Source: Eledone cirrhosa (Eukaryota). Taken from it: a stretch of DNA of 64,000 nucleotides. Position numbers and translations under genes: made by a program. The notes beneath the pieces are model-generated. The model was not told where the DNA came from, did not search any database, and saw only the letters and a program-made list of their open reading frames with translations. Position 1 is the stretch's first letter; every line of letters starts with the position of its first letter. Below are positions 1 through 12,800 of this stretch, in pieces. Location of the stretch: positions 1,302,001 to 1,366,000 of the forward strand of contig OZ024742.1 of the NCBI GenBank assembly GCA_964016885.1. Direction: 5' to 3'.

Positions 1-310
1 ATGTTGTTTCCTTGAGCAAGACACTTTATGTCACATTGCTCCAGTTAACTCAGCTGTAGAAATGAGATGATAGGACTGAGGTACCTATCATTCCACTGGA
101 AAGTGATCGTGGAGGTGCCACGGCAAAAAATCACCCAGCCAACACTGTAAAGTGGACGTGTAGGCGCCACGGAAAAAAAGCACCCAGCACTCACTGTAAA
201 TGAGGTTGGTGTTAGGAAGGGCATCCAGCTGTAGAAATCAAGCCAGAATCAGTTCCCATCCCACCCTTGCAAGCAGGGAAAAGCGAACATAAAATGATGA
301 TGATGATGAT
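1..310 (+). mobile_element. tRNA-derived SINE (family A, RTE-type tail), cut by the window start
   Basis: Colinear with the complete copy at 60995-61340 (ccttgagcaagacact core, ggtgttaggaagggcatccagctgtagaaa tail, (GAT)n end). Confidence 0.85.
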
Positions 311-316
311 ATATAT

Positions 317-2638
317 CATCATCATCATCATCATCGTTTGACGTCCCTGTTCCACGCTTGCATGGGTTTGGACGGGGGTTTTCCCACTTGAGGCAAGAGT
401 GGTTGTCTTGCTCGCATAGGACTGTCTGGCGGGTTTTCTACAGCTGGATGCCCTTCCTAACACCAACCACATTTACAGTGTGGGGCTGGGAGGTTTTTAC
501 CGTGTTGCCTACACGGCCACATTACAGCGTGGACTGTCTGGCGTGTTTTCTACAGCTGGATGCCCTTCCTAACACCAACCACATTTACAGTGTGGGACTG
601 GGAGGTTTTTACCGTGTTACCTACACGGTCACATTACAGCGTGGACTGTGTGTTTTTTATCGTGACACCTACACGATCTCGTTTGTTTCGGCCTGGATGT
701 TGTGGCACCAACATAACTTTGCATTGAAGGGGGCGGTGTGGATGGGGTGAGACGGGGGTGTATTTTGTTAGAGATGCCTACTGACTAGTAGGTTTTACTT
801 TGTATTTAGATAAGGCGGGTCTTCTCTGTTACTGAGTACCGCCAAAGGTCTCGGTCCAGTGACATTGTCTTGGAGAGGTGTAAGTGTGTGAGGTCGGAAT
901 TTATCAGCTCGTCCCAGGTTTTCCTGGGTCTGCCTACTCCGTGGCTACCATCTATCTTTATTGCCCTGCACTTTGTTATACAGCTGTCGTCTTCATGCGC
1001 ATCACGTGACCATACCAACGTAGCCTTCTCTCGAGTAAACAACATCTGATCCCCCTTATTTCTAATTTTTTCCTTAGTTCGTTTATGCTTTGCCGTTCAC
1101 GTATATTACTATTAAACATCCAGCGGAGCATGCAAGCTTCGTTCCTCTCTAGTCTGCGTATATCCTCTGCACATAATGCCCAGGTCTCACTGCCATGCAA
1201 CATTGCTGTTCGTATGCAGGCATCATACAACCTGCCTTTCATTTTTAGGGAGAACTGACTCTAGCTACTGTACTTTCAGAGCACCCTCCCCCACTGCTGA
1301 TTTTGTCACCCAGGTAACGGAAGCTGTCCACTATTTCTATAGAACCCTCTTCGCAATTGAAAGAGTTAGTATTTTGTGGGCACTTGCTGCTACTTATTGC
1401 ACCAGAGCACCGGCCCCATGTAAAGTCTGTGTTCTTAGTTAGCTTACCTGTGATCCCACTACATCTTTTATGCACCCATACTTTGCATTTGGGACACAAA
1501 ATGGAGTTTCTACCTACGCCTTTCCTACACACTGAGCATGGCAATTTCTCGGAGGGGACCAGCGCCTTATTTTCTTTCCTACAAACTAGAACTTTAGTCT
1601 TAGCCAGGTTAATTTTAAGGCCTTTTGATTCTAGGCCGTGCTTCCATGTTTGGAATTTCTTCTCTAGCTCGGCCATTGATTCAGCTATGAGCGTTAGATC
1701 ATCTGCGTATAGGAGTTCCCATGGGCAGCCGGTCTTGAACTCCTCTGTTATAGCCTGAAGGGCAATAATAAATAGTAGAGGGCTAAGAACAGAGCCCTGA
1801 TGGACACCAACTTTTACGCTAAACTCTTCACTATATTCGTTGTTAATTCTAACCTTGCTGACTGTTTCTTTATACATGGCTTGTATGGCTCTCACAAGCC
1901 ATTCGTCAACACCTAGTTTTCTAAGAGCCCACCAGATAATGGAACGGGGGACTCTGTCGAAGGCTTTCTCCAAGTCGACAAAAGCTAAGTATAGGGGTTT
2001 ACTTTTAGCTAGGTACTTCTCCTGTAGTTGTCGTACAATGAAAAGAGCGTCTGTGGTGCTTTTGCCTGACACAAACCCGAACTGCATTTCATCTATATCA
2101 ATTCTCTATCTGATTAGTTGCGCTATTACTTTTTGCGTGACCTTCATGACCTGGTCGATTAATTTAATGCCTCTATAGTTACTCCTATCTAGGGCGTCTC
2201 CTTTACCCTTGTAACAGTTAACGATGATGCTGCTATGCCAGTCCTTCGGAACAACCCCATTCTGTATGACTTGGTTTACTATCCGGGTGACCATGGTGTG
2301 TCCCACCGTACCGGAGGCTTTCAGTATCTCAGCAACTATTTCCGAAGGCCCAGCCACCTTACCCGTCTTCATATCTTTGATTGCCTTACTTATTATACTA
2401 CCTTCGACTAACACTGCTGGTCCCTCTATTGGATCAATGTGGGGGAGACTGTCTTTCTCCCATTTATTCTCCTCATTTAGTAGCCTTTCGTAGTGACACT
2501 TCCAAGCTATCTTCTTATCAGCATCAGTGATGGCAAGTACGCCATCATCGTTAAGTACACACTTCTCCCCGACAATATCACGGTTTTCCTTGACACATTG
2601 CCTAGCAATCCTGAACACCTCACGTTTTTGGTCCTCGA
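317..2638 (-). mobile_element. RTE-clade non-LTR retrotransposon, 5'-truncated, inactivated (copy 1)
   Basis: ORF pieces give RT motifs [47 protein letters not shown] and C-terminal RRLRWYGHV/GRPRKTW. In-frame TAG at 2106-2108; 52-bp deletion near 1255 and 1-bp deletion near 990 relative to copy 2; 3' UTR ends in (GAT)n; the 5' end abuts (TA)n. Confidence 0.95.
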
Positions 2639-2657
2639 TATATATATATATATATAT

Positions 2658-2776
2658 AATGGAAAATTTGAACAGGAACAAGACAGAGAGGCAGTACAAC
2701 GAATGTTTATTAATTTCACGCTCTTGAGAGAGTGGGGTGGTGGTGGGGAACGACGTTTCGGGCATAAGAACTTCTT
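2658..2776 (-). mobile_element. Penelope-like pLTR fragment with truncated hammerhead half
   Basis: Minus strand reads aagaagttcttatgcccGAAACGTC...aataaacattcgttgtactgcctctctg; similar to 3770-3870 and 60785-60842; flanked by (TA)n. Confidence 0.5.
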
Positions 2777-3118
2777 ATATATATATATATATAACAGTAC
2801 AGAGAAGTACGGAATACCTCGGCCTCGGGATGGTGTCTACATTTTGCGCTTATAAAAAAAATTTGTCATACATTACCAGGGTTTTTTTCCGTGCGAAGAA
2901 AATCAATACTTTATCGCAAAATAAATACTTTTGTTTATATTTTGTTATTGTATATGCAAAAATATCTGTACACGAATATATAATTATATATATATTAAAA
3001 TAACAGATTAAAGTTTAAGCAAAGAATCGCTGCTTTTACCCTTAACGGGATCTTTTGAAACTAAAATAAAAAAAATCAATCTGTGAACGCAGAAGTAAAT
3101 ATTTCGAAAAACGTTACA

Positions 3119-3156
<38 letters not shown>

Positions 3157-3431
3157 TATATATACATATATACACACACAGCTACGTCATAATGTCGTAA
3201 TGCAGACAGCCAGGCATACAGACATATTATAAGGCCGCAACGTTATATCTATGTATCTAAAAAGAGAAAGACTGAGTGAGAGATCACTAAATTGCCTAAT
3301 GTGGTCCCTAGGGCATTGAAAATTGTTTGCCCTAACACTCACAGGACCATAAGTATTACATGTGTAAAGTTTGAAAACAATCGGTTGGGTGGTTCTCGAG
3401 TTTTAGTGATTGGACAGACAGACACACATAT

Positions 3432-3650
3432 CATCATTTCATCATCATTTCATTTTACGTCCGCTTTTCCCTGCTTGCAAGGGTGGGACGGGAACTGATT
3501 CTGGCTTTGATTTCTACAGCTGGATGCCCTTCCTAACACCAACCTCATTTACAGTGAGTATTAGTTGCTTCTTTACCGTGGCGCCTACAGGACCACCTTA
3601 CAGTGTGGACTGGGTGCTTTTTTATTGTGACACCTCCACGACCATTTTGC
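3432..3650 (-). mobile_element. 3' part of family A SINE (RTE-type tail)
   Basis: Reverse complement of the tail at 61160-61330; two hairpin modules. Confidence 0.8.
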
Positions 3651-3769
3651 AGTATATAAATATATATATATATAAACTACCTATCAGCTTTCTTGTTTTC
3701 CCTCATTTTCGTTTTTTTTTTCTTCACTGGACCTTTTTTCTGTTTCGCCATTGTGATCCTGTTTCTGTA

Positions 3770-3872
3770 TTGTACTCCTGAAGAAGGGCTGAAGCCCAAC
3801 ACAAACTTTCTTCCCTCTTTCCAATATAAAGCATGAAACTAATAAAACATTTTGTACCTCTGTTTGGTGTCT
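3770..3872 (+). mobile_element. Penelope-like pLTR fragment with degenerate hammerhead
   Basis: CTGAAGA-A-GGGC-TGAA-GCCC followed by a mutated GAAA, then aataaaacattttgtacctc similar to the 2658-2776 fragment. Confidence 0.45.
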
Positions 3873-3878
3873 CCTTAA

Positions 3879-4099
3879 CCCTTTAGCATTTAAACCAGCC
3901 ATATCCAGCCAGAATTCTCTCACCTCTTTCTCTTCAAACCAGCCATAACTAGCTGTTCATACTGACATCAAGGTATTGTTCTCAAAATAAACAATATAAA
4001 AACCCCATAGATTCGATATTATGCGAGATAATTATGTGAAATAAAGCCTTTAGCACAAAAATATAATAGTATATAGAGAGTAACGTAAATGTTAAAGGT
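3879..4099. mobile_element. piggyBac-like MITE
   Basis: TTAA|CCCTTTAGCATTTA ... TAAATGTTAAAGGT|TTAA: 12/14 TIR match with TTAA on both sides. Confidence 0.65.
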
Positions 4100-4582
4100 T
4101 TAAAACTATATATGAAGAGTCAGAGCCCCGTGTCAGAGCTCTTGTTCTAGACTGGAACTGTTGAACAGCTCAGCCATCGGCCCCGGCTCTTTATAATATA
4201 GCCATATTCTACTATCCCAAGTATTGAGTACTCTTTTGAGTAATGGTCTAACTAGTTTAAAACTGGTTCTATCCTGATATATATATAAGTTATGTGCTAA
4301 GCAGCAAAAGTTATATCTGTATACATACAGTAGAGTAACAACATACATGTGTATACAAATTTACACATTTTTAATATATAGATATGTAAACATGCCAAAT
4401 ATACATATTTCCCTGTAAATTGAAAAAAAATAATAGAAAGCCATAATTGATTTGCAGAGTTAGCAGGGTCAATCATCAGGTGTATATATTAACCAAATAA
4501 CCACAAGAAAATATACACCAAGGAGTATATATACCCTAACAGTGGAGTATCCTGAAATAGACATACTAAGTTGATTATAAAG

Positions 4583-4620
<38 letters not shown>

Positions 4621-4626
<6 letters not shown>

Positions 4627-4937
4627 ACTAGAGATTGATTAACATATAAATATACGTGAATAATCACAGATAATTTTTGCTTGCGTGTAACCGCGCATAG
4701 CTAGTTTAGGTAATATTTACCTTTAAGTGTGATTAACCTTCCTTGTATATATCCCATTAAAGAAATATATTTCACCAATTAATCAGATGGTAAGTCACGG
4801 AAAGTGGATATTATTGGATTGTCAACAAGGAAAGTAATAATTTCCAGCTATTCCTGCTTACAGAGCGAGATCAAATCTTCAACTATCCTGTGATTATTCA
4901 TGTATATTTATATGTTAATCAATCTCTAGTTATTATA
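4621..4937. repeat. ~52-bp inverted repeat pair (4621-4672 / 4885-4937) inside a (TA)n-flanked insert
   Basis: ataataactagagattgattaacatataaatatacgtgaataatcacag is the near-exact reverse complement of ctgtgattattcatgtatatttatatgttaatcaatctctagttattat. Confidence 0.85.
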
Positions 4938-5104
4938 ATATGCTCAGATTTATTTATCTCTGAGCTTAAATTCCCAGGATATATGGCGCATGCATTATGT
5001 CATGACACCCATGATTTCGATTTAGATTAAAATCATTTAATTCATTTATCTTAATTTTGGACTTAGATATATATATATATATATATATATACATGTGTGT
5101 GTGT

Positions 5105-5443
5105 GAAGGTGCATGGCTTAGTGGTTAGAACATTGGGCTTACAATCATGAGGTTGTGAGTTTCATTCCCAGACCGGTGTGTTGTGTTCTTGAGCAAGACA
5201 CTTTATCTCATGTTTACTCCAGTTTACTCAGCTGTAGAAATGAATGTGATGTCACTGGTGTCAAGCTGTATCAGCCATTGCCTTTCCCTTGGACAACATT
5301 GGTGGCGTGGAGAGGGGAGACAGGTATGAATGGGTGACTGCTGGTCTTCCCCAAACCACCTTGCCCAGACTTGTGCCTCAGAGGGGAACTTTCTAGGTAC
5401 AAAGTCCATGGTCATCCATGACCGAAGTGGGTCTCTACCGTTA
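5105..5443 (+). mobile_element. tRNA-derived SINE, same head and core as family A but a different tail
   Basis: A-box-like tggcttagtgg, B-box-like segment and cttgagcaagacact core shared with 60995; diverges after gtagaaatga. Confidence 0.85.
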
Positions 5444-5787
5444 ATATATAGACAGTATTTCAATATCTAGCTTTAGGAAGAAGCCCCACGAGGTGAAATA
5501 ACTAATAAGGTGTCTCTTGCTGATACAACGGGTGTTGCTGGCTCTTCTCTACAGTAATACTGTCACTGTGAGGTGCAGCTGTGATGTACCACCCAGTCAA
5601 CGGTACAGAGTCTGATCCCTCCCTATCCCACTTCCCATCTTTAAGGATTCATCCTCTTGCCACCCACCACCCTTTTCCTAACTTTGTGTTTATTATTATT
5701 TTTTTGTAATACTTTCATTATTGGATACAATAAATATGTAAATGAGGCTCATCAAACCAGAGTTTATCCCATTGGATTTTTATTGTG

Positions 5788-6004
5788 TGTGTTAGGGAAG
5801 TAAAAATACAAGACAGCCCCTGGACAGGATGCCAGTCCCTCACAGGGTCACTCCCCAACAGCTGAAACTGGTATTCTCAGCTGAGTTGAATGAAGCAACA
5901 TGAAAGGAAATGTCTTGCTCAAGAACACGGCATGCCACGTGGTCCTGGAATTGAACCCACAGCATTACAGTCATAAACACAACTCTCTAACCACATGGCC
6001 ACAC
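5788..6004 (-). mobile_element. tRNA-derived SINE with V-domain-like central segment
   Basis: Minus strand: tggttagagag...gggttcaattcc head, cttgagcaagacat core, cctgtgagggactggcatcctgtccagggg segment. Confidence 0.7.
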
Positions 6005-6837
6005 ACTGCACTTTTTTTATAATTTTGTACATCCTTTTACTCCATCTTGTCCTCAATCAGTTCTTTCCTCATTTTTTAATGTGAAATCAAATGTAAACCA
6101 GCACTTCCCTCCCTTAGTTGACCTACCACTGAGCTGACCTACCCCGAACACACAAACCTACCTACCTCCACCCATTAGCAGCACTTTACACACACACATA
6201 CACATACACACATATATATATTTATATATTTAAGTGCTTTTAAACATGTAACTCATGACTTTGGAGTTATTGGTATGTCAAGGAAAATAATATATATATA
6301 TATATATGTATGTGTGGGTGTGTATATATATGTATGTATGTGTGTGTATATATAGATGTGTGTGTGTCTCATCATCATCATCATCATCCTCGTTTAACGT
6401 CCACTTTCCACACTAGCATGATATATATATGTATACGTGTGTGTGTGTGTGTATGTATACATATGTAAACATGTGTGTGTATATATATATATATGTATAC
6501 ATGTGTGTACATATATATATGTATACATGTGTGTGTGTATATATATATATATGTATACGTGAGTGTGTGTGTATATATATATATATGTATATGTGAGTGT
6601 GTGTGTATATATATATATGTATACGTGTGTGTGGATACATATGTATACATGTGTGTGTGTCATTGGCAGTAAGAAAGTTTGTCAAAGGAGTGTCACTAAT
6701 GTATGAGTGGATAGTATATCATCATCATAATGGATTGTTAGGGAGAGGGGTAAATGGGGGGGGGGGTTAAATACATCCTGCATCAGTTTACAATGGTTAC
6801 AAATTAGGGAAACAAAGAACTCGGCCAGCCTCAATAG

Positions 6838-9800
6838 CCAGCCAGCTCCACAGACTAGCCCCACAACACATCCAACTCCACAAACTAGCCCCACAACACA
6901 TCCAACCCCACAAACTAGCCCCACAACACATCCAACCCCACAAACTAGCCCCACAACACATCCAACTCCACAAACTAGCCCCACAAAACATCCAACCCCA
7001 CAAACTAGCCCCACAACACATCCAACTCCACAAACTAGCCCCACAACACATCCAACTCCACAAACTAGCCCCACAACACATCCAGCTCCACAAACTAGCC
7101 CCACAACACATCCAACTCCACAAACTAGCCCCACAACACATCCAGCTCCACAAACTAGCCCCACAACTCATCAAACTCCACAAACTAGCCCCACAACACA
7201 TCCAACCCCACAAACTAGCCCCACAACACATCCAACTCCACAAACTAGCCCCACAACACATCCAACTCCACAAACTAGCCCCACAACTCATCAAACTCCA
7301 CAAACTAGCCCCACAACACATCCAACTCCACAAACTAGCCCCACAACACATCCAACTCCACAAACTAGCCCCACAACTCATCAAACTCCACAAACTAGCC
7401 CCACAACACATCCAACTCCACAAACTAGCCCCACAACACATCCAACTCCACAAACTAGCCCCACAACACATCCAGCTCCACAAACTAGCCCCACAACACA
7501 TCCAACCCCACAAACTAGCCCCACAACACATCCAACCCCACAAACTAGCCCCACAACACATCCAACTCCACAAACTAGCCCCACAACACATCCAACCCCA
7601 CAAACTAGCCCCACAACACATCCAACCCCACAAACTAGCCCCACAACACATCCAGCTCCACAAACTAGCCCCACAACACATCCAACCCCACAAACTAGCC
7701 CCACAACACATCCAACCCCACAAACTAGCCCCACAACACATCCAACTCCACAAACTAGCCCCACAACACATCCAGCTCCACAAACTAGCCCCACAACACA
7801 TCCAACTCCACAAACTAGCCCCACAACACATCCAGCTCCACAAACTAGCCCCACAACACATCCAACCCCACAAACTAGCCCCACAACACATCCAACTCCA
7901 CAAACTAGCCCCACAACACATCCAACCCCACAAACTAGCCCCACAACACATCCAGCTCCACAAACTAGCCCCACAACACATCCAACCCCACAAACTAGCC
8001 CCACAACACATCCAACCCCACAAACTAGCCCCACAACACATCCAGCTCCACAAACTAGCCCCACAACACATCCAACCCCACAAACTAGCCCCACAACACA
8101 TCCAGCTCCACAAACTAGACCCACAACACATCCAACTCCACAAACTAGCCCCACAACACATCCAACTCCACAAACTAGCCCCACAACTCATCAAACTCCA
8201 CAAACTAGCCCCACAACACATCCAACCCCACAAACTAGCCCCACAACACATCCAACTCCACAAACTAGCCCCACAACACATCCAACCCCACAAACTAGCC
8301 CCACAACACATCCAGCTCCACAAACTAGCCCCACAACACATCCAACCCCACAAACTAGCCCCACAACACATCCAGCTCCACAAACTAGCCCCACAACACA
8401 TCCAACTCCACAAACTAGCCCCACAACACATCCAACCCCACAAACTAGCCCCACAACACATCCAGCTCCACAAACTAGCCCCACAACACATCCAACTCCA
8501 CAAACTAGCCCCACAACACATCCAACCCCACAAACTAGCCCCACAACACATCCAGCTCCACAAACTAGCCCCACAACACATCCAACTCCACAAACTAGCC
8601 CCACAACACATCCAACCCCACAAACTAGCCCCACAACACATCCAACCCCACAAACTAGCCCCACAACACATCCAACTCCACAAACTAGCCCCACAACACA
8701 TCCAACCCCACAAACTAGCCCCACAACACATCCAACCCCACAAACTAGCCCCACAACACATCCAACCCCACAAACTAGCCCCACAACACATCCAACTCCA
8801 CAAACTAGCCCCACAACACATCCAACTCCACAAACTAGCCCCACAACACATCCAACCCCACAAACTAGCCCCACAACACATCCAACCCCACAAACTAGCC
8901 CCACAACACATCCAACCCCACAAACTAGCCCCACAACACATCCAACTCCACAAACTAGCCCCACAACACATCCAACTCCACAAACTAGCCCCACAACACA
9001 TCCAACCCCACAAACTAGCCCCACAACACATCCAACTCCACAAACTAGCCCCACAACACATCCAACTCCACAAACTAGCCCCACAACACATCCAACCCCA
9101 CAAACTAGCCCCACAACACATCCAACCCCACAAACTAGCCCCACAACACATCCAGCTCCACAAACTAGCCCCACAACACATCCAACTCCACAAACTAGCC
9201 CCACAACACATCCAACCCCACAAACTAGCCCCACAACACATCCAACCCCACAAACTAGCCCCACAACACATCCAACTCCACAAACTAGCCCCACAACACA
9301 TCCAACCCCACAAACTAGCCCCACAACACATCCAACCCCACAAACTAGCCCCACAACACATCCAACTCCACAAACTAGCCCCACAACACATCCAACCCCA
9401 CAAACTAGCCCCACAACACATCCAACCCCACAAACTAGCCCCACAACACATCCAACCCCACAAACTAGCCCCACAACACATCCAACTCCACAAACTAGCC
9501 CCACAACACATCCAACCCCACAAACTAGCCCCACAACACATCCAACCCCACAAACTAGCCCCACAACACATCCAACCCCACAAACTAGCCCCACAACACA
9601 TCCAACCCCACAAACTAGCCCCACAACACATCCAACTCCACAAACTAGCCCCACAACACATCCAACCCCACAAACTAGCCCCACAACACATCCAACCCCA
9701 CAAACTAGCCCCACAACACATCCAGCTCCACAAACTAGCCCCACAACACATCCAACTCCACAAACTAGCCCCACAACTCATCCAACTCCACAAACTAGCC

Positions 9801-12800
9801 CCACAACACATCCAACCCCACAAACTAGCCCCACAACACATCCAACTCCACAAACTAGCCCCACAACTCATCAAACTCCACAAACTAGCCCCACAACACA
9901 TCCAACTCCACAAACTAGCCCCACAACACATCCAACCCCACAAACTAGCCCCACAACACATCCAGCTCCACAAACTAGCCCCACAACTCATCAAACTCCA
10001 CAAACTAGCCCCACAACACATCCAACTCCACAAACTAGCCCCACAACACATCCAACCCCACAAACTAGCCCCACAACTCATCAAACTCCACAAACTAGCC
10101 CCACAACACATCCAACTCCACAAACTAGCCCCACAACACATCCAACTCCACAAACTAGCCCCACAACACATCCAACTCCACAAACTAGCCCCACAACACA
10201 TCCAACTCCACAAACTAGCCCCACAACACATCCAACCCCACAAACTAGCCCCACAACTCATCAAACTCCACAAACTAGCCCCACAACACATCCAACTCCA
10301 CAAACTAGCCCCACAACACATCCAACTCCACAAACTAGCCCCACAACACATCCAACCCCACAAACTAGCCCCACAACTCATCAAACTCCACAAACTAGCC
10401 CCACAACACATCCAACTCCACAAACTAGCCCCACAACACATCCAACCCCACAAACTAGCCCCACAACACATCCAGCTCCACAAACTAGCCCCACAACTCA
10501 TCAAACTCCACAAACTAGCCCCACAACACATCCAACTCCACAAACTAGCCCCACAACACATCCAACTCCACAAACTAGCCCCACAACACATCCAACCCCA
10601 CAAACTAGCCCCACAACTCATCAAACTCCACAAACTAGCCCCACAAACTAGCCCCACAACACATCCAACCCCACAAACTAGCCCCACAACACATCCAGCT
10701 CCACAAACTAGCCCCACAACACATCCAACCCCACAAACTAGCCCCACAACACATCCAACCCCACAAACTAGCCCCACAACACATCCAACTCCACAAACTA
10801 GCCCCACAACACATCCAGCTCCACAAACTAGCCCCACAACTCATCAAACTCCACAAACTAGCCCCACAACACATCCAACTCCACAAACTAGCCCCACAAC
10901 ACATCCAACCCCACAAACTAGCCCCACAACACATCCAGCTCCACAAACTAGCCCCACAACACATCCAACCCCACAAACTAGCCCCACAACACATCCAACC
11001 CCACAAACTAGCCCCACAACACATCCAACTCCACAAACTAGCCCCACAACACATCCAGCTCCACAAACTAGCCCCACAACACATTCAACTCCACAAACTA
11101 GCCCCACAACTCATCAAACTCCACAAACTAGCCCCACAACACATCCAGCTCCACAAACTAGCCCCACAACACATTCAACTCCACAAACTAGCCCCACAAC
11201 TCATCAAACTCCACAAACTAGCCCCACTACTCATCAAACTCCACAAACTAGCCCCACAACACATCCAGCTCCACAAACTAGCCCCACAACACATCCAACC
11301 CCACAAACTAGCCCCACAACACATCCAGCTCCACAAACTAGCCCCACAACACATCCAGCTCCACAAACTAGCCCCACAACACATCCAACCCCACAAACTA
11401 GCCCCACAACACATCCAGCTCCACAAACTAGCCCCACAACACATCAAACTCCACAAACTAGCCCCACAACACATCCAGCTCCACAAACTAGCCCCACAAC
11501 ACATCCAACTCCACAAACTAGCCCCACAACACATCCAACCCCACAAACTAGCCCCACAACACATCCAGCTCCACAAACTAGCCCCACAACACATCCAACT
11601 CCACAAACTAGCCCCACAACACATCCAACCCCACAAACTAGCCCCACAACACATCCAGCTCCACAAACTAGCCCCACAACACATCCAACTCCACAAACTA
11701 GCCCCACAACACATCCAGCTCCACAAACTAGCCCCACAACTCATCAAACTCCACAAACTAGCCCCACAACACATCCAACTCCACAAACTAGCCCCACAAC
11801 TCATCAAACTCCACAAACTAGCCCCACAACACATCCAACTCCACAAACTAGCCCCACAACACATCCAACCCCACAAACTAGCCCCACAACACATCCAACC
11901 CCACAAACTAGCCCCACAACACATCCAACTCAAACAAACTAGCCCCACAACACATCCAACCCCACAAACTAGCCCCACAACACATCCAACCCCACAAACT
12001 AGCCCCACAACACATCCAGCTCCACAAACTAGCCCCACAACACATCCAACTCCACAAACTAGCCCCACAACACATCCAACTCCACAAACTAGCCCCACAA
12101 CTCATCAAACTCCACAAACTAGCCCCACAACTCATCAAACTCCACAAACTAGCCCCACAACACATCCAACTCCACAAACTAGCCCCACAACTCATCAAAC
12201 TCCACAAACTAGCCCCACAACTCATCAAACTCCACAAACTAGCCCCACAACACATCCAGCTCCACAAACTAGCCCCACAACTCATCAAACTCCACAAACT
12301 AACCCCACAACACATCCAACCCCACAAACTGGCCCCACAACACATCCAACTCCACAAACTAGCCCCACAACACATCCAGCTCCACAAACTAGCCCCACAA
12401 CACATCCAACCCCACAAACTAACCCCACAACACATCCAACCCCACAAACTAGCCCCACAACACATCCAACTCCACAAACTAGCCCCACAACACATCCAGC
12501 TCCACAAACTAGCCCCACAACACATCCAACCCCACAAACTAGCCCCACAACACATCCAGCTCCACAAACTAGCCCCACAACTCATCAAACTCCACAAACT
12601 AACCCCACAACACATCCAACCCCACAAACTAGCCCCACAACACATCCAACTCCACAAACTAGCCCCACAACGCATCCAGCTCCACAAACTAGCCCCACAA
12701 CACATCCAACCCCACAAACTAGCCCCACAACACATCCAGCTCCACAAACTAGCCCCACAACTCATCAAACTCCACAAACTAGCCCCACAACACATCCAAC

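Noticed and set aside
358-750. 130-aa + strand ORF recurring at 36339 and 59472 ([11 protein letters not shown])
   Set aside because: Antisense reading of the RTE 3' UTR; its recurrence reflects repeat copies.
4395-4485. Minus-strand CTGATGA...CAGG-GAAA hammerhead candidate
   Set aside because: Stem I and the cleavage triplet cannot be placed convincingly; too degenerate to call.
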